Positions 25,601-38,301 of a stretch of DNA of 64,000 bases are shown here, in pieces. The translations under genes and the position numbers were made by a program. Within the stretch, counting starts at the first letter, position 1; the number at the start of each line of letters is the position of its first letter. This DNA comes from Babesia bigemina. Lineage: Eukaryota. The stretch lies in NCBI RefSeq assembly GCF_000981445.1, contig NC_027218.1:868001-932000 (forward strand), written 5' to 3'. Under the pieces are notes generated by a model. It saw only the letters and a program-made list of their open reading frames with translations, was not told where the DNA came from and did no database searches.

Positions 25601-28574
25601 GGAGGGTAAGCAGGAATCACGAGAGGAGTGGAATGCAGGCACCGGCCTCGAGGATGGCACCGGTGCTAAAAATGTATCGGATGAGGTGGATCCCGAGGAG
25701 GGCATGTTCGACAACTTCAAGAACGAAACTGCCCCGGAGCACGGTGATGTCCAACGCGACAATCCGGCAGTGGATGTTGATATGGAATTCGAAGGCGATG
25801 TGCTTGACCTAGAAAACTCCAGGGAGTGCAGTGATATTGAGGAGGATGAGAATGTGGGCCACAACGACGAATTCGAAGACCTGCAGAAGCAGCGGTTGGA
25901 CGCTGATCTTGCGGAAGACGACCCCTCTCCCGAAAACGATGGAGAGCCTTTGGACATTCATGGTTCATCCACTAAGGAAACAAAAGATGTCGCAGATGAT
26001 CCTGATGCTGCTCCCACAGAGACGGCAGAGGGCGATAACGATTACACCAGCGAGGTAGACAAGCAACAGGATGCACCCCAGCAACAATCTCATCCCGCAG
26101 ATGAACATCCCGAACAACTGGAAGGTATAGATGAGACCGAAGATGGTGATGGCGATGGTGAAGCAGCAGACGGACAAAGTGATGCTGGCGACGCAGGTGA
26201 TGAGGATGCTAGCGGCCCCGATCCCGGTCTAGATTTAGGCGAGAACGATTTGGAGATCGACGGTGACGAAGGGGGTGATGTTGATCGAATGGATGAAGAT
26301 GCTGTGGATGATGATTCTCAAGAAAAGGGAGAATCCATGGATGACCCCATGGGTGAGGGCGAAGCCATGGAAGAAGACACGGTATCCCCTGACGGCCCTG
26401 AGCCTCGAGGTATGTTTCACCGAGTATTATCCCCCTATGATGATATCAAGAGGCCTTTGATCAGTGAAATCACATGTCCTCGAGAAGGTAATATATCTGA
26501 GGGGACCATTGTTGCGAACATATTTCACGCGATACTACTGGGTATACCATTCCGTGCATGTGTCTTTACTTGATATATACTGCTTTGTTTCAGTGTGCAT
26601 ATGTGTTTTATGGCGGATCTGGTTTCTAATGATCCTTATGTGTGCTGAGGTGGTGCAATAGGTTGCCTCGGCCTTACCTGTTAAAGGTTAATGAGGGGTG
26701 TCACATCTGCTTACCACAATCATGCTGAATCATTCATGTGGATATGTGTCAGTTACAAAGCAGTGTTTACGTTATTCCTTTGCACTTTTGTTCGCATTTT
26801 CAACATAAAACAAGCCTAACTTTTGTGCAGCTCGCAGCCGGAGGGACTACCATGAGACTCCCTATGGTGTCGAGGGAAAGTCAGACTCTCAAATCCGCAA
26901 CGAAGATTATCAAGGCACTGGTGGTAACAGCTACGAGGAGGATTCACATTCCGGTGCATTTTGGGGCGAAACGGCTCGAACCCAAGGCGGTAGCATGCTG
27001 AGCTTCCTGGATACAATCCAGCGACTTGACAATCCCTCCGGGCAGCACGATAATGAGAATGTAAAGGCAAGAAATATAATTGAATCAATGAGCGACGGCA
27101 ATAACAAAAGCGAGAATGAGTCGATGCTTAACGAGCTTGACGACTCAAGTAACCTCGAGGGCATCTCGGCGTCTATGGATGGATCTGCTGCTCCCAACAT
27201 TGATCTTATGGATGTGTCCTTAGCCGATAGGAATACACAGGAATCCAGCCCAATGGACGTTTGCGATGAGTTGGCAGATCAGAGCTCGACTTCGGATAAA
27301 AAATCTGGCTCCTCTCCACCCAAGGACGACGCGATCCGCACAGATGATCACGTCGACAGCGACGCTAATGATATGGGTCCCGATGTGTCAGCTGTTATGA
27401 GAGGAACGGTCACATTTGATGTGTCTGGGACTCCGCCTGATCTCCCGTCGAAGGCGCCCCGGTCCAGCAGCGATGTGAACAGGTCAGCCGCATATGCACT
27501 GTGGCATCAGTACCGTGACGAAACCAGCGCAATTTCGACCAACCTTTGCGAACAGATGAGGTTTGTTATAACTAACGTGTATAACCTTGTTTCAGAATGA
27601 TACTTGAACCCTCGCTGAAATCAAGCCTGCAGGGTGACTATAAGACCGGGAAGCGCATATCCATAAAAAAGCTTATGGCGTTCATCGCATCCAACTACCA
27701 ACGTGACAAGATATGGCTGCGTCGGTCGAAACCCAACAAACGCGATAACCGTGTCGTGCTAGCAATGGATAACAGCCGGAGCATGGCAGTGTCGAACGCG
27801 GGCAACCTGGCATTGAAGTCGTTCGCTTGCATATACCAGGTAAGTGTCCATACGCGATTCCTGCACGCTAACTGCGATCTGTTGTGTTCGAATTTGTTGC
27901 GCTAAATGGGCAATTGCATACGCGTTGGGATGTGATTGGCAACTTGAAGCTGCATTTGCACTTTAGGCGTGCGGTCTCACAGAGTTCAGGCCATGTCTGT
28001 TTTGGAGGTGGGAGAGCTGAGTGTTTGCAAGTTCGGAGGCGACGTGCCCGAGATGTTGCTGGAGATGGACGGCAGTGAGGACCCCTGCAACGTGGTTGCC
28101 GGGATGACCTTTGACGAGGAGTCACGCCATTCTCATGAGACTGGGCTGCCAGAGCTGATGAAGTACGTGTTGCGCTACCTAGAGCACCAGAAAGAGCGGC
28201 GTAAGATCCTGGTGATAATCTCAGATGGGAAATTCAACAAGGAGAAGGCGCGGCCGTGGATCCAGGCAGTCATCAGCAACCAAGTAGTGCCGTTGCTGGT
28301 GATACTGGACCCGGTGACGTCAAACCAGAGGTCAATTATGCAGATGAAACAGGTTCGGGAGATAAGTAAGTTGCCGATGTGCCACCATAACTCTATGCAG
28401 ACGGAAAACTAACAGTGGAAACCTTCCTCTCGAACTTCCCGTTCCCGTACTACGCAGTGATCCAGAATTTGGATAGGCTGCCAAGTATTTTGAGCGATCT
28501 ACTACGGTTTGTCTCAATGTGTGCTATTATCATGCGTATGCAGCCAATGGTTCGCACTGTCGAACCTGCGTTGA
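13638..28574 (+). CDS. MDN1: Midasin (Rea1) AAA+ ATPase for 60S maturation
   Basis: Repeated Walker A/B motifs (GETGTGKT, GPTASGKT, GETGIGKT, GQPGVGKS; LDEVNLA, LDELNLA), acidic tail, GDYKTGKRI and MIDAS/vWA (DNSRSM, ISDG, FPFPYY). Introns include 26410-26830 and 27840-27989; predicted end LRQWFALSNLR*. Confidence 0.95.
26430..26505 (+). ncRNA. Intronic box C/D snoRNA
   Basis: Terminal stem TCCCC/GGGGA, box C ATGATGA (26437-43), D'-like TTGA (26457-60), box D CTGA (26497-500), inside the 421-nt midasin intron. Confidence 0.8.
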
Positions 28575-28664
28575 TGTCGCTGCCGCGGATGCTCTAGGGT
28601 GCAATCGTTGCTGACCTTTTTTTGGCTAGAAAACGGCCGCAACAAGAAATCAACAGCCTTCAAA

Positions 28665-29169
28665 ATGCGGTTCAAAATATTGTCGTTTCTCTTTCTGATA
28701 TGTGGACTTCTAGCGGCGTTCCTGCCGTCTACAATCTCCACTGGCGCCAAGAGCATCATAGGAGGCATTGGAAATGCAGCCTTCCGAGCCACTAATGTCA
28801 TAAATTCACTTGGATCAGGTGGGTTGATCAATGTTTCAAATGTCAACAAAATGTGCAGTGATGAACATTGCGGGCCAGACGATTAGCGGCGCTGGTACCA
28901 TCGCTCACGGCTTCAAGAGGATGTTCACGGACGTGGACAACGGCACCAATCCTATAAACTTCGGAGGAGGCAACCTCGGCGCCTACTACAACTTCATGTA
29001 CCCGGACAACGACGACTACCCGTGGGCGTGCGTTTGTAACGGTTTCGACCTCGAGAAGTACTATCGCAAAGAGCAGCCATATGTGCGCTGCCGTAACCAA
29101 GAGGACCTGTCGTTCCACAACTATCAGGCGAACTGTGATCCGGAAAGTGTCTCCAACAAGCCATTCTGA
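28665..29169 (+). CDS. Small secreted hypothetical protein (signal peptide, Gly-rich segment, Cys motif YPWACVC); intron 28819-28858
   Basis: MRFKILSFLFLICGLLAAFLP signal-like start; a 40-nt GT-AG intron joins the two ORFs in frame. Confidence 0.7.
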
Positions 29170-29711
29170 CCTGAATGGAGTTCATGTGCGTTAAAGACCT
29201 TCTCTGGTAATACATCGCAATAAAGGTTCACGTGAATTCATCGCTGTGTATTTCTACACCACTGCAAAGGCATTCGGCATCCTATCTCTGCCCAATTTAG
29301 AATGGGTGTCATCTTTCGCGTAGGCAAATGTGTTGTTCATGGAGCCCAACGACGCCGGCGGCACGCAGCTCTCGTTTTGGTAGTTATGTCGCAGTGTTGC
29401 TGCATTAACAGCATATAAGTGCTCTATTCAATAATAATATAACTATTAGTCGAGCTATCGTTATGTAGAATGGCGTTGGTTGGCTCCTCGGAGCGGTTGG
29501 TGTGTATAGAATCTCTGCACACTTTGTATTTTTCGCTTTAAATGACCATCCGCTAAATGGGAATTAGATGTAAAAACGATTGTACTTGTGGTATGATCAG
29601 AACGGTGCCTTAATTGTATGTGTTTTCAATACCTTACAACACATTTAAGTCAACCATGGCATGGGGCAGTTGTGACATCTGCCCATTTAGTCCCTCACCG
29701 GCCAACGATGG

Positions 29712-30027
29712 TTAGACGCAGCGTACCCGGCTTTTGCTGTAACTCTTCTGAGGGGTGCTGGCTTGAACCCAGTGGGCTGTCATGCTGGCGCGTCCTTGCG
29801 CTGGGCTGTCTGGCGCGGGCGGGAGTCGTCCTTGGTGGCCTTCCGTAGGGGAGGCTTCCGGGTCGTTGAATGCGGCGTACCGCTTCAGGCTGGCAACAGA
29901 GCAGAGATAAGCTTCAGCTTCCGCTACGCGGCAGACCGCAGCCCGCGCTGCTCGCAGTCCATCATCGTCAGGCCCCCCACCGGTGAACTTGCCCGCTATT
30001 TTTTCCAATTTGCGGTATATTTACCAT
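29712..30027 (-). CDS. Possible small spliced hypothetical gene
   Basis: GC-rich island. ATG followed by intron-like GTAAAT...AATAG and a second intron-like segment gives MRASSPVGGLTMMDCEQRGLRLKRYAAFNDPE...; no recognisable domain. Confidence 0.3.
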
Positions 30028-30516
30028 GGCCCCATATTGCGTACGGTTTCCCCCTGTGTGTCGCGTGTTGGCGGCGAAATCGCCGCGAGTCCGGCGGGGT
30101 TGTGCGTCAGCGGTCGAACGTCCCCGACCGATATAAAATATACTAATTAACTACCACTTTTGGGGTTAGTTTGGCAGACAATTAGACATAAAAACGACAT
30201 AGAATCTTCGTATGGTCGCGCGTTTTGCCGTTACCGCGACGCCGTCCCAGACACATCTCTGATCCGGCCGCCTGAACAACTAGCGATCTGTATTGTGTGA
30301 AGCACAGTTATAACCATGTTGTAAAAGCTATATATTCATGGTAGAACAAAATTGCATTGGACAGCACTGCGCCTAGAGGTTGCAAAAGCGTCCTCTCACT
30401 GCCTGCGTCTCATTGGTCTGCTTGTTGTTTTATCCTCCAGTCAACCTTTTAGGCAGGCACATTCCTCATACGATGTTTTGATGCGACCATTTGCCGTTCG
30501 TAGACATTTGAAACGT

Positions 30517-32343
30517 CTACGCGGTCCTGAGAATGCCTGCCGAACAATGACGGCGACAATGATAATGACTTACCGCACGCCATAAGTTTCTGAATACCCT
30601 TGGCGACCTTGGGGTCCCTGAGGTATTCGTTCATTGATGCGGGGTTTTCCTGGAGCTTCTTGAGAATAATCTGGAACTGCGGGTCTCCCAGGATCTGCTG
30701 GACCTCAGGGTCGGCCATGGCTTGCCTGTACTGCTCTTCGTCGACAGTTCCCGACTGCGACATAGCCTGGATCTTGGCCATGCACTGCTCGGAGATTAGG
30801 CGAAGTAGTGGTAAAAACGTACGTCGTATTTGCCGTTGATGCAGTCCTGGTTGTTCGGGTCGACAGCCAGTCCCTTGTCGTAAGCCTCCAGGGCCTTGCT
30901 GTACTCCTTCAGGAGCACGTGCAGGTTTCCCTTTCTGGCCCACGCCTTGACGAACGTAGGGTCGATTTCGATAGCTTTGTTGCAGTCAGCCAGGGCGCTG
31001 GGGTACTCGGTAAGTTTGGTGAGCGCAGCTGCCCTGTTGGTGTACAGTTTAGCGTCCTTGGGGTTGCGCTTGATGGCCTCGTCATACTCCTTTTTAGCCT
31101 CGGGGAACTGGAATTTCTTGAAGAATTCGTTACCCTTCTCCCTGTGCTCCTCAGCCTTCTGTGGGTCAATGTAGGCCTCACGCTCCTTCTTTTCCTTGAG
31201 GCGCTCCACCTCCTTCATTGCGCATCGCGTCACGCGGTTGTTGTCCTCGAGCAGCGACTTCTGGTAAGCAGCCAGAGCTGCGTCGTAGTCCTCCATCTTG
31301 GTGTAGCAGGAGGCAAGCCTGTTGTAAATCTTTGAGATGACCAGGAAGTCTGCCTTGACATCATATCTGCGCTCGATAGCCGCTTTGCAGGTGTTGATGC
31401 ATTTTTCGTAGTCTCCCATCTCAAGGTATGCAGCTGCTTTGTTGTTCTCCAGCAAGAGGTTGTTCGGGTCGAGCTCCACTGCCTTGTCGTAGAGCTCCAG
31501 CGCCTCAACGAACTTCTTCTGCTTGTACAACTTGTTACCCTCGTCCTTGAACTCTTGAGCTTTCTGAAGTGATGTTAAAATGTGTCCTCACACGTTACGA
31601 GGTGCTGTCACATGCCTCCACGACATACCTTTTGGCTCTCAGTCAACGGCTCCTCCTTTGGCTCAGGCTTCGTCTCTTTCGGCGGCTCCGCTTTAGGGGG
31701 CTGAGGCGGTTCGTTGAAGCCAGCAGCCTGGCCAATGTCCGCCGCCATACCGAGGTATGCCATGATACCGTCACGCAGAGCGGGGTTGGGATCCATGAGC
31801 AAGTGCTGGATGTTCTGCGGGTTGCTCTGCATTTCGGTCAGAACTCGGCACAGAGTCATGGTGTATGAGGGGTCTTGCCTCTGGTACTCCTGCAACTTCG
31901 GGTTGGTAGCAACCAACTGGGAGATGGTGGCGGCGAGGTACATGAACTGCGGGTCGGAAGAGACATCAACCTCGCGCAGACCAGCCTTCAGCGGCTCGTT
32001 GTTTGGGTCAATCTTGAGCCCCTCCTGGTACGCCTTCTTGGCCTCTTCCATCTTGCCGAGCTTGTACAGCGCAAGCCCCTTGCGCGAGTAGCCCTGTACG
32101 ACGTTACACACCGCCAGCGATGTTGTAGCTTACCTTCGGCCAATCCGGCTTGAGAGTTACGCATTGCTGTGCGTCTGCCAGTGCCTCCTGGTACATGTTC
32201 ATCGACGCATAAGCGCCGGAACGGTTGGAGTAAAGAATCCCATCGGAGGGGTTGAGTTTGATGGCCTCGGTGAAGTGTTTGACGGCCTCGTCAAACTTCC
32301 CGGCCTTGAAAGCCTCGTTACCGAGTTGTTTGAAATCAGTCAT
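30517..32343 (-). CDS. STI1: Hsp70/Hsp90 organising protein STI1/HOP (multi-exon)
   Basis: TPR1 (KQLGNEAFKAG..YSNRSGAY), DP1, TPR2A/2B (AYIDPQKAEEHREKGNEFFK), DP2 (AMADPEVQQILGDP..IQKLMACGILRTA*). Confidence 0.95.
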
Positions 32344-32867
32344 GGTGTGTAGCTGAATTGTGCGCGTTTACGTGCTTTTCCAGAAATGAGCCACCAGCCT
32401 TCCACTGCGATAGCGAGGCCCCAGGTGTCAATATGTTGAGGCCAAGGAGGCTGTCTACAGCCCTCATCCATGCCAAAATAAAGATGTATGTTGGTTTTAT
32501 AGGCCTGCTTGTCTAGCGCTTGGAGACGCGCTGAAGAAGGCACCGTCAAAGTTCCATGGTCCCCTGTGGATTAGGAATCCAGCGTCATGATCTGTGACAT
32601 ATCCACCGCCTTAAACGCTATTTAAAGCATAGATTCTGTGGTTATAATCTATGTTACTGTCATTCGAAGACTATGTGTGCCATTTTAATTGCCCGGTGAT
32701 GCAGCAGTCCTGCCGCGCTGAAACGTACAACACGGAATTTCAGGGCAATTCGCTTTATGTGCTATGTTTTACAACACATATAAGTGCGTTGTTGAGTCGT
32801 ATATATTATCCGATTTTAATTTGCGTGGTTCTGCACAACAGGCAACTGTTAAATAGCACTGATGATA

Positions 32868-33757
32868 CTACTTCGGGTTATCTGACTTATCATCTGCAGG
32901 TGCGACGCCTTGTGCTTTATGCTGTTGCCGCTGCATGGCTACATTCTTCATGCGCCTGAATGAGCATATGGGTTCTATAGCTATCTTAAGGTACCTCAAT
33001 TCGTCCCTGACATGGGTGAGGAACACTCCGCGCTCTTGTGCGATTTTTTTCTGCGGGCTATGCAGCCACGATAACCAATAAAGCGAACTCACATGCAAGT
33101 ACGCATATCCCGTAGTGTAAAGCGGTTCCGCGCTTTCGTCGACGCCGAGTGCCATCGCCACCTTGAGCCGACCCTCGGTTTCCATGCGGCGCTTGTAGAA
33201 CATCTGCTCCGTCTGCACGGATTGGCGATCCGACGCGTGTTAGTTCTCACCTTCAAAAACGCTTCACGGCGAGACATTCCGCGGTTCATTAGTGCAAGTT
33301 GATTGGCGACAAACTGCGTTACCGGGTGATCAACGGCGTAGTTGTCGAGGCCTGCGACGACATTGACCAGGCAGTGCCAATGGCACATTACCTTTTTGCC
33401 ACTGGTTGTCGGGCCGGTAGCAACCCTCGAATCTGAGGTGTGGGTACTTCCGCAAAAGATCGGCCACCAGGGACGGGTATGGATTGCGAATGGTCTTGTC
33501 GCAGTGGAGCATGTTTCTTGTCTCAAGCGGTGGTGCACGCTCTACCTGAACGCCGACGTTAGCAACCACACAACACTGTTATACATACCCATTCCAGCCA
33601 CCTTGGTCGTTCGCACGTTCCATTCTGGACCAGTTTCCTCATACGGTCGAGGATGTCCCAGCGCAACCGGCGCCGACAGGCGAAGTTGGACCCGGTGATC
33701 TGCAAACAGCTCAAATTGAGATCCAATTAAACTCACATGTACCGCCCCCTTAGCCAT
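32868..33757 (-). CDS. Probable mitochondrial ribosomal protein mS23/Rsm25-like (multi-exon)
   Basis: Spliced exons VERAPPL..., QFVANQLALMNRGMSRREAF..TEQMFYKRR resemble the mS23 core; exon boundaries approximate. Confidence 0.5.
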
Positions 33758-34439
33758 GTCGACTATTAAGCACTAAGGACGGCATTTTGGCTCGTGTCCA
33801 TGGCGCTGAAATGGCCGTTCATCGGTATGCCGTCAAAAACGACGAGGAACGGCGCTAAAATACCGGTAACTTCATACCGCCGTTGTCAATCAGAATTAAT
33901 ATTTACTGAGGAGTTATTTTGGTTGCGAAATGTCTCGTAATGCAACCTATATTAGTACGTTCAGCAGGCGATGCCGTCGGGCCAGTTCACTCATCATCAA
34001 GGGCTTAATATTTCACACATCATCGTGAAAACGCTTATTGTGTAATTATAGAGGGTATTGTATCATGAATAAGGGCTTGTACGGCTGTATATGGCTGGTT
34101 TGTATCCGGTAGCAGTGAATGTCCTTAGGCAGACTACAATGAAGTGTCTATATTTTAGAGGAAGACAAATATTCTATGGGATGACAGGATATTCTACGTG
34201 TGTGTATGGTTCGGTATAATCGTAAGAAGCGGCTTAATACCGTATTTACGGCTCCATTTATCGCAATCCATCGCCGAATCTTGGACGACGGTGATGTCCG
34301 CTTTGGACAGTAAACGTTAAATGGCAGGATTCGTAGCACATTTCACCATGCGTGCGTATGTGAACTAGCATGCATCAGCAAATCGCATTGGAGTTAACAA
34401 AATCTGGTTTGTCCTAAAAGCAGCTAGTGTATCGCAACA

Positions 34440-36038
34440 ATGGACAACGTGGCTCTCCGCCGAGCATTCCTGACATCTCGTTCGCAGAATGAAGATCCTG
34501 TTCTATATGACGATTCCGCCATTTCAACCACCTGTTACCGATCTGAGACCACCAAAGATGAATTGGATGAACTCAAACAGCTTTTCTTCCATTCGACATT
34601 AAAGCCGAAGTTCGACTGGGCCGGTCTGTGTTTGGAGAGACAGCACGACTTCAAGTTCTGGGCGAACGTGACGCATACATTTGGGCTGCTCATTGTAAGG
34701 AACATCTTCAATTCAAATACGTCATGCGAGGATGCAATCGAATTGCAGCGCATGGCAATGCTGAATGAAGATCGGGATTGTTACGGCCATTGTCAGGAAT
34801 TCGCTCGATCATCTGATGCTATAGCTTACACCGACGATTCGCTTGCAGACTTCAAAACGCGGGTATCGTTCATTCTTCTGAGCGGGTTGCTAAGTAATCG
34901 TATCCCAGGATCTCTTCGCCTGATCGTTCGCTGTAACGGTTACCAGTATTTCGAGCACCGTATCAGCGAGCTTATGAACGACTTCCCGAAATTTGACGTT
35001 TCAGCAGTCTGTTTCAATATGAATGCACTGCGCATACTTATCCCGTACCTGCTCGAACCGCAGTCGGTCAACCTGTCTAATGTCTGTCACCGGTTCCTGA
35101 CGTCGCGATTCTGGAGGATCATGTGGCTGGACGTTGGTGTGGGCCTGAAGCAGCGTCCAAGTACCGAGCGTGGGCAGCTTTTCGGTGCATTCCTAGAGCT
35201 CGCATCGACCATATGCTACGGCACGCGCTCCCCAGCCCTGCTCAAACGGTTGTACGGATCATGTCTCAAATCTCTCTGGGACCCGATTTTTGCGGTGCTT
35301 ACGTGGCGGTTGGGGCCTAAACTGCTCTGCCGTGTGCTCACATTTGTTGCAGATATGCTAATGATGAGTTTCCAAGACAACTGCTTGGACATGTTGGACA
35401 ATAGCTTCCTGTCTAAACTAAGTCAATGCGCCAAAGAGGCGCTGGCAGACGGCGAGCGATACCTGTCGCGATATTTACTGCAGACTCTGGATGACAGGAA
35501 CGAATTCTATCACCATTTTGCTCGTATAGCTACGGAGATGCTGAAGGCACTTTTGCAGGCGCTAGCCAATGCGATGCAAGGCCATGTGAACAAGTGTGTA
35601 GAGGATCTCTACGACATCAGCTCTTTAGGAACGGCAAAACTGATACTGCCTCCACATGCTGGTGACAGTGGAGAAGCACACGTCAGATTCGACTACTCGG
35701 ATACCCGTGTTTTCCCTCGCGTACTACCGTGTTTCAATACCGACTGCAAAAGAGTGTTCCACCTCGACATGCCTCAACTGCACGTGGACAGTGATACACC
35801 TGAGTTCTGCTATTGTTCGCGGTGTGGAGTGCCAAGTTACTGCAGCGCTGCATGTGCCGATTCGCACTGGGAAGCGGGTCATCGGCAAGTTTGCAGTTTC
35901 CTACGCGCGCCACCAACGTTCGCCAAGTTCATCGCTCCCATGCCAGATTCAGGCAACATCCTGTTACGGACTTTTGACAACGAGTGTACGATGGCTCCAG
36001 AGTGCGACGACGCCGGGAATGTCTTGACAGTGTTTTAG
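34440..36038 (+). CDS. MYND-type zinc finger protein
   Basis: 532-aa ORF with C-terminal CFNTDC...CSRCGVPSYCSAACADSHWEAGHRQVC. Confidence 0.8.
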   Translation: MDNVALRRAFLTSRSQNEDPVLYDDSAISTTCYRSETTKDELDELKQLFFHSTLKPKFDWAGLCLERQHDFKFWANVTHTFGLLIVRNIFNSNTSCEDAIELQRMAMLNEDRDCYGHCQEFARSSDAIAYTDDSLADFKTRVSFILLSGLLSNRIPGSLRLIVRCNGYQYFEHRISELMNDFPKFDVSAVCFNMNALRILIPYLLEPQSVNLSNVCHRFLTSRFWRIMWLDVGVGLKQRPSTERGQLFGAFLELASTICYGTRSPALLKRLYGSCLKSLWDPIFAVLTWRLGPKLLCRVLTFVADMLMMSFQDNCLDMLDNSFLSKLSQCAKEALADGERYLSRYLLQTLDDRNEFYHHFARIATEMLKALLQALANAMQGHVNKCVEDLYDISSLGTAKLILPPHAGDSGEAHVRFDYSDTRVFPRVLPCFNTDCKRVFHLDMPQLHVDSDTPEFCYCSRCGVPSYCSAACADSHWEAGHRQVCSFLRAPPTFAKFIAPMPDSGNILLRTFDNECTMAPECDDAGNVLTVF

Positions 36039-36935
36039 AGTGCCGCATTGAAACGATTTAGAGTTTATTGCCCATAATGTGCTATACATGTGCATAATAC
36101 ATTATGTTGAATACGTCAAGTGAACGTGGTTATCAACGTTTTGTCGTAGCGTCTCGTGGGCATTTACAACCTACAACCCGATGCCTGACTTTCGCCAGCG
36201 AGGCACCGAAATGCACAGATCCGTTTTATCAGTCGCGTTTACGATTTCGTGGCGTTTGAAACGCCCGTCTATGAGATCAGGTTAATCTACTACTATATAG
36301 GGATCATCGCCATGTACAAACATTTCGAGCAACACCACGCTGAATCCTTAAGCAAACTCAGATATGCATAGATAGATCATCATCGAATATCGGAAGATGT
36401 ATGTGCCGTTAACCAAATAAACAATCTGGGGTATCGGACCATCAACCCAATCTCATACTCCCCGTCACCATGGATTGACGCAACTCGTACAATTCAGCGA
36501 CTATAACACGGAATTAACAAACATACTGCGTTGCACGATATATCTGTGTTTTACAAGAGAGAATAGTGGGTCGTTATTGGTTGACATTAACACGCCTGTG
36601 CGTAAATAAGCTTGGCGGGGCTGCTTAGGTGTACGGCATTAAGTAGTTATTGCGCGATGACGCTAGTATGATGCACGAGTAGATGTGGCGCAAGTTGAGG
36701 CGTCCGAGGAAGACGTTCAACAGCACACGTTGGTCAATCCCGTTTAATGTGGCAATGCGCATCCGATGCCGCCTAGACATAATTCGCGAACATCTGTCTG
36801 GCACGCGTCGAAGCGCAATCACGAAACATTTAACAACACGGCATTAAATAAGCAAGGTGCCGCGAATGTCTGAAAGTCTGAGCTTAGTGCGATAATACAG
36901 TGTTGGGCATAATTATAAAAAGCGATGCAAAACGC

Positions 36936-37418
36936 TCATCTACGGCCAAAGCAATTGCGCATCTTGTGGAACGGCCGGATGCGAAAGACACTCATAACGC
37001 ATACGACGATCATCAGTATGACGATGGTGACTATGACAGGAGCGATGACGGGGGTAGAAGAGTTGTTACCTGTGGAAGCTGCTGCATTAGAGACGCTGGT
37101 GGAACGCTGTGCATATGAGACAGCAGGGGTACGCTGTAAATCGGGCGAATCATGGGCACGGGAGGTGGCAGGGCCTTGAGCTCTTTTGTTACAACATGGA
37201 CAAGGACATTCGTCGGCGGTACGGCCCTTACATTGTTTTCTACATACGGAAGGTTCGCAAGTGTAATTTGAGTCGTCGTGTATAGCGAATTGGTAGCGCA
37301 AGTAACATGGTATGCAAGTGTTTCTACCACTATTACATCCTTCACAACACCAGCGACAGCAATAACACTTCTCATACGGTACACATTCATTACTACACTT
37401 GCACTGGTAACTGTCCAT
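36936..37418 (-). CDS. Small Cys-rich single-TM protein (160 aa)
   Basis: From MDSYQCKC: 18 Cys in ~76 aa, Ser/Thr/Ala/Pro linker, TM VIAPVIVTIVILMIVVCVM, basic tail. A 29-nt upstream intron-like segment argues for the ATG at 37418. Confidence 0.7.
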   Translation of the reverse strand: MDSYQCKCSNECVPYEKCYCCRWCCEGCNSGRNTCIPCYLRYQFAIHDDSNYTCEPSVCRKQCKGRTADECPCPCCNKRAQGPATSRAHDSPDLQRTPAVSYAQRSTSVSNAAASTGNNSSTPVIAPVIVTIVILMIVVCVMSVFRIRPFHKMRNCFGRR

Positions 37419-37429
37419 CTTCCCTTCTC

Positions 37430-38130
37430 TCCCTTCCCCTGAACATACGAAACTATGAACCACGTACCTTAGTCTCGGAGGCTGACACCGTTTCCCATAG
37501 GCTTCACCACCAACCTGGCAGCCGCCATCCCACGCACCACCAGTCACATCACAACTATGCAGCTATCACAACTGAAGTACAACCAAGCTAAAGCATGTTG
37601 ATACCATCCTGGCCGTGGCATGCATGTCAGCCGGTGCCAGTGGAGCAGTCAACTCCATTCATCAAAGACCGTACAACAATGACACAGTCTACTAATGTTG
37701 TTACATTTGTGTCATAATATGTGCCTAAGTAAGCCACTTTTATCGGTTGATATGTTTGTAATATACACTGCTACCATCAATCTCACCTAACCACGCCGTC
37801 CACTGGCCATCATTCGAATAGTTCCGGTGACGTGACATTCCTAGCTGTGCACACTGCTGGAAATACAATTAGTAACCCAACCAACTAAATAGTAACTCAT
37901 CTAGCACTGTTACATTTGGCTGCATACCTTGCTGGCGAACCACTAGGCGCCATCGTACCGGCAATGCGGTATGACGTATACACGTCAAACAATAACCTAC
38001 AAGTCAATGTTAGAAACCAAGAACATCGCAATCTATTGAGCATGTTATCTGCCAAAGTACTGATCGTATGCTAGGTCAGATATTTGGTTAAGTGGTACAT
38101 TAAACGATAAGTTGGGTGGCGAGTGAGGTG
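37430..38130. repeat. Dispersed repeat copy B, homologous to 1-700
   Basis: Same ordered conserved blocks as copy A. Confidence 0.8.
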
Positions 38131-38301
38131 GGCATTTGGGTAGCGGGTTGTGTACCACGTTTGGTAGTATGTCTAGGTGGTGTTCTCACGGTTGTGGATA
38201 TACCAGTTTTTCTAATGTATCTGAAGGCACTTGACCGCCACGCACAACGCATCACAGTACAGATTACAGCACTAGTAATGTACATATAAGCGCCATAATT
38301 A

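Noticed and set aside
26410..26573. C-terminal 54 codons of the 4311-aa ORF
   Set aside because: Intron read-through. The GTATGT donor at 26410 and the acceptor at 26830 continue midasin in frame to the MIDAS domain
29712..30008. Resemblance of AEAYLCSVASLKRYAAFND to Mediator Med22
   Set aside because: No ATG in that frame, and part of the match looks like an intron ending in TGTTGCCAG
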